From a virus, in IMG/VR virus record IMGVR_UViG_3300050120_000309, positions 31,912 to 95,911 of that record: 64,000 nt of DNA. One strand, 5' to 3'. Position 1 is the stretch's first letter. Every line of letters starts with the position of its first letter. Under the pieces are notes generated by a model. The model worked only from the letters and a program-made list of their open reading frames with translations. It made no database searches and was not told the DNA's origin. The position numbers were made by a program, and so were the translations under genes. Shown here piece by piece: positions 19,859 to 28,663 of the stretch.

Positions 19859-20171
19859 TACTCAGAGTAAAACGTCAGAGTAACAATGAAACAGATTGCA
19901 AATAGGGGGTACTTTGATAAAGAGGAACAGCATAATGCCTAAAGCATTATGCAAGGTGAACTATGAGTAAAAGGGTTTGAGTAGAAAGGGTATGTATTAA
20001 GTAATAAGTACTCTGAGTATAGTTTTACTCTGAGTAGTACTTACTCGCAGGCTCGTAACGGTAGGGTAGCACCACCAGACGACGACGCCAAAGGCACAAC
20101 TACACTCTGAGTAAAAGTACTTCTGGAACTCAGAAGAACCCTTTAGACATGGACAGATCTGAGTACTCAGA
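19859..20171. repeat. Array of palindromic TACTCWGAGTA repeats in an AT-rich intergenic region (candidate origin/operator array)
   Basis: Copies at 19859-19869, 20009-20019 and 20026-20036; near copy at 20103-20113; partial at 19875-19882; palindrome TCTGAGTACTCAGA at 20158-20171. Confidence 0.6.
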
Positions 20172-20220
20172 CCCATCCCCCTGTTCCGCGGCTCCCCCTT
20201 CCCATCGCAACCAGGCGCAG

Positions 20221-20245
20221 AAAAGCCCGACACAAGGCCGGGCTC
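20221..20245 (-). terminator. Intrinsic terminator
   Basis: Minus strand GAGCCCGG-CCTTGTG-TCGGGCTTTT. Confidence 0.65.
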
Positions 20246-20268
20246 ATCTGGTGGGTCTGGGTATGAGA

Positions 20269-20553
20269 TTAGAACGGACGTAGCAAGCGCTCAGCGGCCT
20301 CGTGTGCTGTCACAGCGATCAGGACGTAGACGAGGAGCCAGATGAGGCCTGTGAGAGCCAGGAAGCCCTGGATGAAGAACGTGACAACGGATGCAAGGAC
20401 GGTCCCCAGCAAGATCAGTGGCACACTGGAGTAAATCCCCCAGGAAGACTTGATTTGCCAGACGAGACGAGGCAATGCCCAGGTCAGGAGGGTGGCACAG
20501 ATGACTGCAAGCTCACTGATTCGTCCCTGATTAGGATCGAAGGTTATGTGCAT
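20269..20553 (-). CDS. Small membrane protein
   Basis: 94 aa with two to three hydrophobic helices. Confidence 0.55.
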   Translation of the reverse strand: MHITFDPNQGRISELAVICATLLTWALPRLVWQIKSSWGIYSSVPLILLGTVLASVVTFFIQGFLALTGLIWLLVYVLIAVTAHEAAERLLRPF

Positions 20554-20869
20554 CGTCGAGGTCCTTTCCCTGGATCAGGAACGTGCCGTCGGCCGCGTAT
20601 CTGCTGAGGGACGGTCCGAGGTAGTTGATCATCTGCTGCTGAGCACAGAAGCGCTCGCATTCGCTGAGGTACTTGAAGATGAGATCGGCATGCTCACCCT
20701 TGGCTTGGAGGGAGGTACCGTCATCGAGGGTGATCACGTAGCTGATAGCCTTCACCGTCGACAGGTCGGCGAAGTTGACGGCCGGTGCGACAGCGGCTGC
20801 CGGCTTGGCAATAGCGCGGGGCTTTGTAGCGGGACGGGGCGGCAGGACAATCTTCTTGAGGGTGGGCAT
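20531..20869 (-). CDS. Hypothetical protein
   Basis: 112 aa, AAGGAG RBS. Confidence 0.65.
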   Translation of the reverse strand: MPTLKKIVLPPRPATKPRAIAKPAAAVAPAVNFADLSTVKAISYVITLDDGTSLQAKGEHADLIFKYLSECERFCAQQQMINYLGPSLSRYAADGTFLIQGKDLDDAHNLRS

Positions 20870-21045
20870 GTGTTACTCCTTTGAATCGAACTCTTCCTGG
20901 GTGGGCTCTACAACATCGGCCGGCACTTCATCGACAAGGCGCTTGCCACCGACACCGAAGATGTAGAGGACAAATGCAAGCATCAGAAGGCAGAGGAAGA
21001 TGAAGAACCAGAACACGAATGGGTGTGGCTGAGGCATGGGGCTCC

Positions 21046-21384
21046 TTAGTTCTCGAGCTTGGAATTGGTTTGAAGCTGAGGGCAGATAACCGTACATGCG
21101 CGCTGCGCATTCTCAGCAGACATCATCAGGTACCCAAGTTGGGGGAAGATGATGGAGATGGAGGCGGCTAGCGCGCCGCGCGTACCGATGTCCAAGCCGA
21201 CCCGAGAGTCCGGTGTCTTGCCAGCCTTGATCAACTCGTACTCTTCGGCATAGATATGCGTCATCGTCGCTGCAGCTTGACCCAGCTCCTCTTCGAGCAC
21301 AATCAGCTTGCTCTTGAGTCGCTCCAGGTCAAAATACAGATCGATGTACTGCAGGGTTTCTTTGGTGCGGTGTGGGGTACTCAT
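21046..21384 (-). CDS. Hypothetical protein
   Basis: 112 aa, preceded by the CTTTGGCTC motif at 21413-21421. Confidence 0.55.
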   Translation of the reverse strand: MSTPHRTKETLQYIDLYFDLERLKSKLIVLEEELGQAAATMTHIYAEEYELIKAGKTPDSRVGLDIGTRGALAASISIIFPQLGYLMMSAENAQRACTVICPQLQTNSKLEN

Positions 21385-21450
21385 AGATGCAGCTTTGCCC
21401 AGAAGGACTCATGAGCCAAAGCTATATAGTGCGAAAACTTGGACGGGTCT

Positions 21451-21651
21451 TTATGCGGAATCATCCACCAGAGTTGTTGTGATCTGATTCTCGCTGGAGA
21501 GCAAACTGGTACCCCGACATGCCTGAATGTATAGAGGCTTCTCATAGGCAAACGTGTTCGCCTTGAAGAGATGGGCCACGCCCTCCGCAATCTCGGAAGC
21601 AGAGACCAGGCCTTTCGTCTCGATCATGAATTCAACGTGAACAGATGACAT
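21451..21651 (-). CDS. Hypothetical protein
   Basis: 66 aa, AAGG RBS. Confidence 0.45.
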   Translation of the reverse strand: MSSVHVEFMIETKGLVSASEIAEGVAHLFKANTFAYEKPLYIQACRGTSLLSSENQITTTLVDDSA

Positions 21652-21759
21652 GAGCGACCTTCCGTGCTGCGGCTGCCGGCGGTGACTTGGGTTCCGTAGT
21701 TGGGCGCCAAGTGCTGCGTGGAGTCTTAGTGACGCGAATGAAGGATCGGCAGTTGGCCA

Positions 21760-22122
21760 TTACTGAACTACCTCGCCTGTTTTGAGATTCGTCGTTCCTT
21801 CGATAAAGGGCCAGTCCTCGAACTTCTCCAGAAGTGCCCAGGAGATCTCAGAGATTGCTACCCACCAAGGCGCCTGTGGGGCCGAGAAGTCACAGATGAT
21901 GCCATGCTCGTCGGTATAGGATCCGCCAGCAAAGGTCTGACGGGTCTTTTCATGGACAGCTTTGATTGCTCCCTGCATCTCGAAGAGCTCGCCGTTACGG
22001 ACCAGAACGCTATCAGAGGTGACGAGCCTGAAGGTGGCAAGATCCTTCACTTCGCCGGGGATGAAGTTGCTAACGACACGAGGGGCAGACTTCACTTTGC
22101 CCTGGACGACGAAGCGGGCCAT
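21760..22122 (-). CDS. Hypothetical protein
   Basis: ORF with plausible starts at 22122 or 22161; CTTTGGCTC motif upstream at 22190-22198. Confidence 0.55.
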   Translation of the reverse strand: MARFVVQGKVKSAPRVVSNFIPGEVKDLATFRLVTSDSVLVRNGELFEMQGAIKAVHEKTRQTFAGGSYTDEHGIICDFSAPQAPWWVAISEISWALLEKFEDWPFIEGTTNLKTGEVVQ

Positions 22123-22249
22123 GAAATAGCCCGAGGTTTCGAGATTGATGAGTTCTGACATGAGTTGAATATGAACTGCATGTCCGTAGGAGCCAAAGAC
22201 AACGCCCACCTTTATCAGATGGGCGTTGTCAGAGACTACTGATGGTTCG

Positions 22250-22978
22250 TTATGCCGCGACCCGCTCCGGTGAGTTGGAGAACAGTGTGGTCCAGGCTGC
22301 CGCCATCTTGATGCCAGACCCGATGCTGTAGATGATGGTCCGTGAGGCGTCAGCATCAGCTAGGTGGTCGGCATAGTCGGTGATCTCCGTGGCCAGTTCT
22401 TCAAGGCCAACAAGGAAGCCTTCCTCGGTCAGGTTTGGGACCTGGTCGACGAACGCAAGGATCATGTCTTCGACATCATCGAAGGACTCTTCGAGTTCAC
22501 TCTCGATAAGGGAGAGATTTTCCTGTTCATCCTCAGTGACTGCGCCACACGCAATGCCCAGGATGACGTCCGCGAGAGCATCGGACAGCGTGTCGTCACT
22601 CAGCTCATCGTTGAAGCCGAAGTCGGTTCCAAGGGCCTCAGCACGAACCTGCGCGCCATGCACAGGACAGTCGACGTTGTCGCAGTACTCCTCGCCGGCC
22701 CCACCTTGTGCCTGCAGAAGATCCTCTGATGCTGTTCCGGGATCAGTCTCGATAAGAAGGCGCTCGGGGTTGTTGGTCAAGAGCAAGGCCGCGCCGTTGG
22801 GCGGGTAGGAGAAGATGCCAGTCTCCAGGGTCTCACCGATCGTTCCGTCGATCTCTCCAGCCTCTACAGACTCGATGACCGGGATCAGTGCTTTGAGCAG
22901 CTCAAAGGTGGAAGGGGACTTGTAGTTCTGGATCAGGATCTGGGTTCCCGACTCAAGTGCAAATGTGATTGACGCCAT
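22250..22978 (-). CDS. Highly acidic hypothetical protein
   Basis: 242 aa, very Asp/Glu rich, CxxxxCxxH site; GGAGG RBS. Confidence 0.7.
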   Translation of the reverse strand: MASITFALESGTQILIQNYKSPSTFELLKALIPVIESVEAGEIDGTIGETLETGIFSYPPNGAALLLTNNPERLLIETDPGTASEDLLQAQGGAGEEYCDNVDCPVHGAQVRAEALGTDFGFNDELSDDTLSDALADVILGIACGAVTEDEQENLSLIESELEESFDDVEDMILAFVDQVPNLTEEGFLVGLEELATEITDYADHLADADASRTIIYSIGSGIKMAAAWTTLFSNSPERVAA

Positions 22979-23020
22979 AGGTGTTGCCTCCGACTACGAG
23001 ATTGCCGTTTGGTGGGGTTC

Positions 23021-23029
23021 GAGCCAAAG
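23021..23029 (-). promoter_or_regulatory. CTTTGGCTC promoter-like box (representative minus-strand copy)
   Basis: Exact minus-strand copies at 55-63, 21413-21421, 22190-22198, 23021-23029, 24436-24444, 25326-25334 and 26263-26271; variant at 19818-19826; each lies upstream of a gene start. Confidence 0.75.
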
Positions 23030-23172
23030 CTAAGAGCCAAGACCCTTCAGGAACTGGCCCGGTGTGCGCGGCGAACCTCTATGAATCAACTTACGGATCG
23101 TTCGTATGCGAAGCCATCCGGTGATCCCCTGACGTGTGCATAGGGAAAGCAGCCAGAGACGGAACCGGATCG

Positions 23173-23793
23173 TCACAGCCGTTCCTGGAAAGTGACCTGC
23201 TGCTCCAGCATGCCGAGGGCGGTATGAGTGGCACGAGAAAGGACATTGCTCCCTGTAACCCCACAGGCGATATATTTGAGTCCCTTGTTACGGGCCTCCG
23301 TCTTGGCTTGGGTGTACATCTGCCGGTAGAGGCCTCGGCGCCGATGATCTGGATGAGTCCAGACGGTGCCGATCCACGCAGCGTTACCTTCGACCCACTG
23401 AAACCAGACCAGGATCGCTACGGTGACTCCCAGGTGTTGGATGTAGACAACGTGATCCCAAGAACGCGCAAAGAAGGTCTCACCAGTTCCTTCGCTGACA
23501 TGCTCGGCCCCAATCTCGCGGGAGGCGGCATGTGCGATGGCCATCAATTCGCCATCGCCTATTTCATCGAGGCTTAGGGCGCCACTGTAGTCACTGGGGA
23601 TCTCTTGAGGGAGGAACATGGCAGATAGGTTCTCGAGGAGGTTCTCATCGTCCAAGGTAATGAACGACGTGGTGCTGAAACGCAGGTTGAGGACACCAGA
23701 CTCTTCACCTCGGTTCACACCGATCTGAAGTTCAGTCATTGGTCCAAAAGGGGAGGGAACAGGAAGCTTTGCGTCCAGAAGCGTGAAGAGCAA
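23173..23793 (-). CDS. GNAT-family acetyltransferase
   Basis: VWTHPDHRRRGLY acetyl-CoA binding motif A; N..S....ALG motif B. Confidence 0.75.
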   Translation of the reverse strand: MLFTLLDAKLPVPSPFGPMTELQIGVNRGEESGVLNLRFSTTSFITLDDENLLENLSAMFLPQEIPSDYSGALSLDEIGDGELMAIAHAASREIGAEHVSEGTGETFFARSWDHVVYIQHLGVTVAILVWFQWVEGNAAWIGTVWTHPDHRRRGLYRQMYTQAKTEARNKGLKYIACGVTGSNVLSRATHTALGMLEQQVTFQERL

Positions 23794-23796
23794 TAG

Positions 23797-24177
23797 CTAC
23801 TCCAGGGAGGGGATGATTTCGAGGTAGGAAGCGAGACGTCCGCCGCCGCACATGAGTCCGGGTGTTTCGACTTCAGGGTCGTGGATGATTCCAGCCCAGT
23901 TCAATGCCCAGTGGCCGGCAAACGGCTGGCCCTTGGTGTGGAACAGGATGTGCAGCAAAGCGTAGTCAGGTGGTTTGCCCACACCGCGCCAGCGCTGCAA
24001 TCCTTTGCCTTTGACCTCAATGTTCAGAGAATCAAGTGCAGAAACGAGCTCCCAGGTCTTGGTGCCATGGTTGTGTCCGAACAGTTCGATCGACTCCTCG
24101 ACGGAGATGCCGGCTGCCATTGCAACAACGGTCTGACCACAGACCCGGGAGTTCTTTGGTTGTACGAGATGAATCAT
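23797..24177 (-). CDS. Papain-fold C39-like cysteine peptidase
   Basis: Q-x6-CG...GHW...IHDP catalytic pattern. Confidence 0.65.
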   Translation of the reverse strand: MIHLVQPKNSRVCGQTVVAMAAGISVEESIELFGHNHGTKTWELVSALDSLNIEVKGKGLQRWRGVGKPPDYALLHILFHTKGQPFAGHWALNWAGIIHDPEVETPGLMCGGGRLASYLEIIPSLE

Positions 24178-24407
24178 TAGGCGAGGTTGAACGTGATCGT
24201 GTCGCCCTTTTTCATCTGGAACATGGGGACAGAGTCGGGAGGAAGATCGAACCAGATAGCGGCGAGGCCGCGCTGGCCGGTGCTTGAGACGTAGGGTACG
24301 GAGAGCTTGGAGTAGGTGGCGGTCTTCGGTGGGTTGGAGAAAGGCTGATCACGACGTTCGATTTCGGCGGTCGGGGTGTCGGTGGCTGTGAAAGTGACGG
24401 ACTTCAT
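24177..24407 (-). CDS. Hypothetical protein
   Basis: 76 aa, stop/start coupled to the next gene. Confidence 0.5.
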   Translation of the reverse strand: MKSVTFTATDTPTAEIERRDQPFSNPPKTATYSKLSVPYVSSTGQRGLAAIWFDLPPDSVPMFQMKKGDTITFNLA

Positions 24408-24410
24408 GAA

Positions 24411-24683
24411 CTAGAGTCTGCCCGGCCTGGGACCCGAGCCAAAGTGATAGTCCAACGAAGTCTCGCCTTCCGGATCAACGATCTGTTCGATCTTGAAATA
24501 GAGCTGAATGACAACCATCCAAACGTGCCGGTACGCACGCCACAGACGAGGCCACCAGTGCGTCGGAAGCTCCCCGGCACGCAGCTCAGCTACATTCCTT
24601 TCGTACGGATAGGCAACGCCCAAATCGGAGATGTACTGGAGGTGTTCGCTACGGTCTGACATGGCTACCCTCCTCGGCGCCAA
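24411..24683 (-). CDS. Small hypothetical protein, paralog of 24649-24870
   Basis: Shares the LxxGxLPTHxWxRxW motif. Confidence 0.55.
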   Translation of the reverse strand: MAPRRVAMSDRSEHLQYISDLGVAYPYERNVAELRAGELPTHWWPRLWRAYRHVWMVVIQLYFKIEQIVDPEGETSLDYHFGSGPRPGRL

Positions 24684-24870
24684 GCTCCATGATCTGGGCC
24701 ATCTTCAGCCAGAAGCGATACCAGAGATGAGTCGGCAGCTTACCTTCCGCCAAGACCCTCCGGTTGTCCTTGAAGCGATAGGAGAGACCGATCCGGAGCA
24801 TCCGGTCGGTGTGCATCTCGAGCTGCTCTTCTGGGGTCAATGCTGGTGCGAAGTGAAATGGGAAGGTCAT
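24649..24870 (-). CDS. Small hypothetical protein, paralog of 24411-24683
   Basis: LAEGKLPTHLWYRFW motif. Confidence 0.55.
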   Translation of the reverse strand: MTFPFHFAPALTPEEQLEMHTDRMLRIGLSYRFKDNRRVLAEGKLPTHLWYRFWLKMAQIMELGAEEGSHVRP

Positions 24871-25076
24871 GAGATCTCGAAGATGATACGATCGCCGGCT
24901 TTGAGACCGAGAGGTGTGAGGAAGATGCCAGGTGTAGCGAACTTCATGTGGACGGTGCCTGAGATCCGAGAGTCTTCCTGAGTGAAAGCAACCTGCATCT
25001 CAGGGAACTCGCCATTCTCGTTGATAGTGACATCGAGGGAGGGATCAGCAAGGACCTGCAGAACGAGACGCTTCAT
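24867..25076 (-). CDS. Hypothetical protein
   Basis: 69 aa with overlapping start/stop junctions. Confidence 0.5.
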   Translation of the reverse strand: MKRLVLQVLADPSLDVTINENGEFPEMQVAFTQEDSRISGTVHMKFATPGIFLTPLGLKAGDRIIFEIS

Positions 25077-25297
25077 TAGCCCCAGCTGTGTTCAGAGATG
25101 GTGTATTGAGACTCTCGAAAAAGGACGAAGGCCAGATTTGCGGCATCTATCCGTCGAGCAAAGCGCAGTGGTTTGTTCGGATCCGTTGTCCACTCGTAGA
25201 TGGTGTGGAGGTCGTTGTATGGTGCGATACCTAGCCACTCAGGCATTGGTCCTGTCGGCGCCTTCTCAATGAGCCAACCTGTTTCTATGGGTTCCAT
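25076..25297 (-). CDS. Hypothetical protein
   Basis: 73 aa, GAGGG RBS, CTTTGGCTC motif upstream. Confidence 0.55.
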   Translation of the reverse strand: MEPIETGWLIEKAPTGPMPEWLGIAPYNDLHTIYEWTTDPNKPLRFARRIDAANLAFVLFRESQYTISEHSWG

Positions 25298-26024
25298 GCC
25301 CTCGACCCTATAGGGCCAGACGGGGGAGCCAAAGGTTACCGAGCAGGATCATCCTGGTGTAACTGAGCACTCTCTTTGCCGAATGCCCCGTACGGGAACA
25401 TGTACAGGTTTGGTCAGATAATCGACACATTTATCTGACATGTTGAAGAAACATACATGTCGGAAGAACCGGCAACATCTTGCCTCTTATCCCGTAGAAG
25501 CCCGTTTATCGGCAACATTGTGCCTGATAAAGCCAAGTCCCACCATCATGTCGTACTGCCTCTGAGAGACGACGATCGCCGGCGGCTCATGGGAGTAGGG
25601 AACAGGAAGAAGCAGCTCTCTGAGGTCATTGAGCTGGAGAGCCCCGGTGTTCTTGGTGTACTCAGGATCTGACGATTTCATTACCGACTCACCTGATCTA
25701 CAGGCGGCCCAATGTTCTCTATATAAGAGCAGAACCCGTCACCCATTACCAGGGCTGCGTCTTTCGGAATAGAACCAGAGACATCTATGGATATGGAGAA
25801 GGGGAATGCCTTGACGGGTAGTTTCTTACTCTGTTTCCGAGATGCAAATTCCAACCAGTCCACAAAGGATTGGTTCGCTCCATCATTGAGGATCTCAGTC
25901 CCCAGATCGAAATCTCTCAGATCGATCGGCCGGTCAATCTCTGTGCTGTAGATCGTCCAACTAGCTTTCTTGGCAGCTGCCATGGATGTTCCTATCTGTA
26001 TGGGGAGTTTGAGCGGTCGGCCTA

Positions 26025-26297
26025 TTACTTGATGACCCCATTCATCTTGAGTACAGCCTGGAGGTTCTCTATACCAACGGCGACCCGGAAGATCGCAGGG
26101 GTGAGTGCTTCGATTGCCAGCATGATCAGAACCAGGCAGGTCGTTACCGACCAGTGCGCGTGAAGAGCCACCTGGAAGAGCAGAGCTCCTGTGATAATCC
26201 ACCGAATACCACGGATGAGGTGTGCCTTCGTCATTCCTGCAGCGTAGTGGCTCAGAAGGGCTGAGCCAAAGGCGCCGTCACGCGAACCGGAAATCAC
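26025..26297 (-). CDS. Small membrane protein
   Basis: Two hydrophobic helices; true start may be ATG 26234. Confidence 0.45.
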   Translation of the reverse strand: MISGSRDGAFGSALLSHYAAGMTKAHLIRGIRWIITGALLFQVALHAHWSVTTCLVLIMLAIEALTPAIFRVAVGIENLQAVLKMNGVIK

Positions 26298-26685
26298 TTT
26301 TATATATGCAGGGGCGGAGTAAGTGTCTTGATTCTCAGGTTCTTGGCAATGACAGCATGCTCAGGTTCATTGGGATCAAAGACAAGGACATGTACCGCCT
26401 GCTCTCCAGCAACCCATCCCAGATTCTTCATCATATGGAGCAAGTCTATGACATCGTCAGAAGATAGGGACCAGTCGAGCTGGCCCTGATCGTCCGTGCC
26501 TGTGGTGATCCCGAAGACCGGTAGAGCTGGGGGGTGTTGTGAGGTGCGGTGCCCTGGATCCGTGTTGGCTCTCGGGTCGTTGTCAAAGATGACTGTGGCG
26601 TTGTCGATGGCTTCGTTGAATGACATACTCATGGCGCCCATAGTAAGCGGCGCACTACTGCCAGCCAAACTCACTTTTATATATG
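26294..26685. repeat. 15-bp direct repeat TCACTTTTATATATG
   Basis: Exact copies at 26294-26308 and 26671-26685. Confidence 0.75.
26300..26674 (-). CDS. Hypothetical protein, first gene of the minus arm
   Basis: 124-aa ORF bracketed by a 15-bp direct repeat. Confidence 0.5.
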   Translation of the reverse strand: MSLAGSSAPLTMGAMSMSFNEAIDNATVIFDNDPRANTDPGHRTSQHPPALPVFGITTGTDDQGQLDWSLSSDDVIDLLHMMKNLGWVAGEQAVHVLVFDPNEPEHAVIAKNLRIKTLTPPLHI

Positions 26686-26864
26686 TGGAGAATGCTCCGC
26701 ACTGATCGCAGATTGGTGCTCGGAAAACGCTTTGCCAATGGGGATACCAGGGTAATAAGGGTTACCCGATATGGACACTAATCGTTTCGAGCCCACCCCG
26801 GGTGAACCAGGGGTACTGATGTCCACACATCAGCATAACCGTAACACTTACAAGGAGATACACA

Positions 26865-27428
26865 ATGGATACTCATAAGTTCGCAGACGTCGTCGCATCA
26901 GAACTCGGTCTACCCAAATACAAGGTAGTCGTTCAACGTGAGCTCGAGGGAATCAACGCAATGGTTGTTCCTGTAGTCAACGAGATCTGGCTCAGCCAGC
27001 AGATGGTTGAGGAACTCACCAACGAAGAGATCTGTGCAGTCATCACGCATGAGCTTGCTCATCCCTATCACTCGCATCTAGCTAAGCGCAACGCAGTGTC
27101 AGCAGGTCAGTTCATCCTGTCAGGCATCAATCTGTTCCTGCCATTGCCTATCTGGAAGAAAGTAGTCATCGAGCTCGGCATGTCGACGGTCGCTGCGATC
27201 GCCAAGCACAAGATGTTCTGTGCTCAAGAGTATGAAGCAGACGAAATGTCCTTCCGCTATCACCTGCAGGGATCACTGGTCTCTGCATTGAACAAGATCG
27301 AAGCATCAGCACAAGAGCTTCAGAAGAAGTCGGGTCAACCACAGTGGATGCTGGCATTGGGTAGCTTGACTCACCCCAAGACAGCCGATCGTATCGCTCG
27401 TCTCAGTGTGCCCGTGATCAATCGCTAA
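26865..27428 (+). CDS. M48-family (HtpX-like) zinc metalloprotease
   Basis: INA, HELAH, QEYEAD and THP....RI motifs; AAGGAG RBS. Confidence 0.85.
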   Translation: MDTHKFADVVASELGLPKYKVVVQRELEGINAMVVPVVNEIWLSQQMVEELTNEEICAVITHELAHPYHSHLAKRNAVSAGQFILSGINLFLPLPIWKKVVIELGMSTVAAIAKHKMFCAQEYEADEMSFRYHLQGSLVSALNKIEASAQELQKKSGQPQWMLALGSLTHPKTADRIARLSVPVINR

Positions 27429-27462
27429 TAGCCCTATACCTCAGATTCACAAGGAGAATCAC

Positions 27463-27675
27463 ATGGAATTCATCAAGAAGTACACGTCGTATCTCCCGGA
27501 TATGCCCTCAACCTCTGAGGTCATCAAGCACATGGATAGCTACCTGCTCGATAAGAGCAAGGCGGTTACCGAGTTTCTCGATGAACACCCTGGTATCGCT
27601 ATCCTGCTCAGCCCTACAAGTATCACGCGTCGCGCAGCACAGAAGCATGTCGACAACATGCTGCACCAGAAGTAG
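27463..27675 (+). CDS. Hypothetical protein
   Basis: 70 aa, AAGGAG RBS. Confidence 0.65.
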   Translation: MEFIKKYTSYLPDMPSTSEVIKHMDSYLLDKSKAVTEFLDEHPGIAILLSPTSITRRAAQKHVDNMLHQK

Positions 27676-27763
27676 CAATGTTCCACGTGGAACTCACTGG
27701 TCACCCAATTGGGTGGCCTTCGCTGTTTATGGACACATAACCCATGCAATAGGAGAAATCACA

Positions 27764-27877
27764 ATGTTCAGCTACGAAGTAAAAGGCATGTCCCCTCAGG
27801 TATTCGTCTCCCTCATCCTCACCGGTATGTTCATCGCCACGATCGCTATTGGTCTTGGTTTCCGCTACGCAGCGTAG
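27764..27877 (+). CDS. Small single-TM protein
   Basis: 37 aa, AGGAG RBS, one hydrophobic helix. Confidence 0.55.
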   Translation: MFSYEVKGMSPQVFVSLILTGMFIATIAIGLGFRYAA

Positions 27878-27918
27878 TCGTAGTTTCACGGACCATAACC
27901 CAGATCAAGGAGATCATC

Positions 27919-28047
27919 ATGCACGTATTACTCGCCAAAGTAATCGCTACTGTCCTCGTATCTATCGCAACACTCACTTACATAGCGTACGTGTCTTACA
28001 GGCCAAAGAATGCAGGTCCTGTAACTGATTACAAGCACTGGCTTTAG
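27919..28047 (+). CDS. Small single-TM protein
   Basis: 42 aa, AAGGAG RBS, one hydrophobic helix. Confidence 0.55.
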   Translation: MHVLLAKVIATVLVSIATLTYIAYVSYRPKNAGPVTDYKHWL

Positions 28048-28060
28048 TGGTCGGACATTA

Positions 28061-28085
28061 GCCCTCAGAGATGAGGGCCTTTGTC
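28061..28085 (+). terminator. Hairpin/terminator
   Basis: GCCCTCA-GAGA-TGAGGGC followed by CTTTGT. Confidence 0.55.
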
Positions 28086-28117
28086 TGCCCATTGGGGTAG
28101 AGACAGAAAGGAGAAGT

Positions 28118-28564
28118 ATGAAATCTGTCGAGGAACGATTCTGGTCCAAAGTCATCAAGCAGCCTAACGGGTGCTGGATATGGACTGGAGGAGTAAACGC
28201 AATCCATGGCTATGGCAGGTTCTGTCATAGCTCAACTGAAGAGAAGGCACATCGATATAGCTATCGCTTGGCTAAAGGAGAGATACCGGAAGGTCTCAAT
28301 CTCCTGCATTCCTGCGATGTCAGAAGATGTGTAAACCCTGACCATTTGAAACCTGGTTCACAGTTGGAAAACGTCCAGGACTGTGAGTCCAAAGATCGAT
28401 TCAATCACCCACAAGGTGAGAGTCATGGCAGCGCAAAGCTGACTGCAGCTCAAGTTGAAGAGATTAGAGGTCTTGCAGGCAAAATGCCCCACTCAGCAAT
28501 AGCGGCAAAGTTCGGTATGAGTAGATCTCATGTCGGCAATATCTGTCGTGGCGCCAAGTGGTAG
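28118..28564 (+). CDS. HNH homing endonuclease
   Basis: RFWSKV..CWIWTG..YGRF..AHR..LHSCD..CVNPDHL; C-terminal AKLT...HTH. Confidence 0.9.
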   Translation: MKSVEERFWSKVIKQPNGCWIWTGGVNAIHGYGRFCHSSTEEKAHRYSYRLAKGEIPEGLNLLHSCDVRRCVNPDHLKPGSQLENVQDCESKDRFNHPQGESHGSAKLTAAQVEEIRGLAGKMPHSAIAAKFGMSRSHVGNICRGAKW

Positions 28565-28663
28565 ATGTACCTGCGGTGCAAGCCCATAAGCACCGTATGT
28601 GCCAGAGACGTGGTCCAAACACGTCTCTGGCTTACTTCAACTACCAGATCAAGGAGAATGATC

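Noticed and set aside
19859-20171. Possible CRISPR array
   Set aside because: The repeats are only 11 bp, irregularly spaced, and there are no cas genes in the window.
19997-20233. 78-aa minus-strand ORF
   Set aside because: It starts within a terminator, crosses the palindrome array and has atypical composition, so it is probably spurious.
23010-23030. GGTTCGAG resembling a tRNA T-loop
   Set aside because: No T-stem or acceptor stem is present, and it overlaps a CTTTGGCTC box instead. No tRNA genes were recognised in the window.
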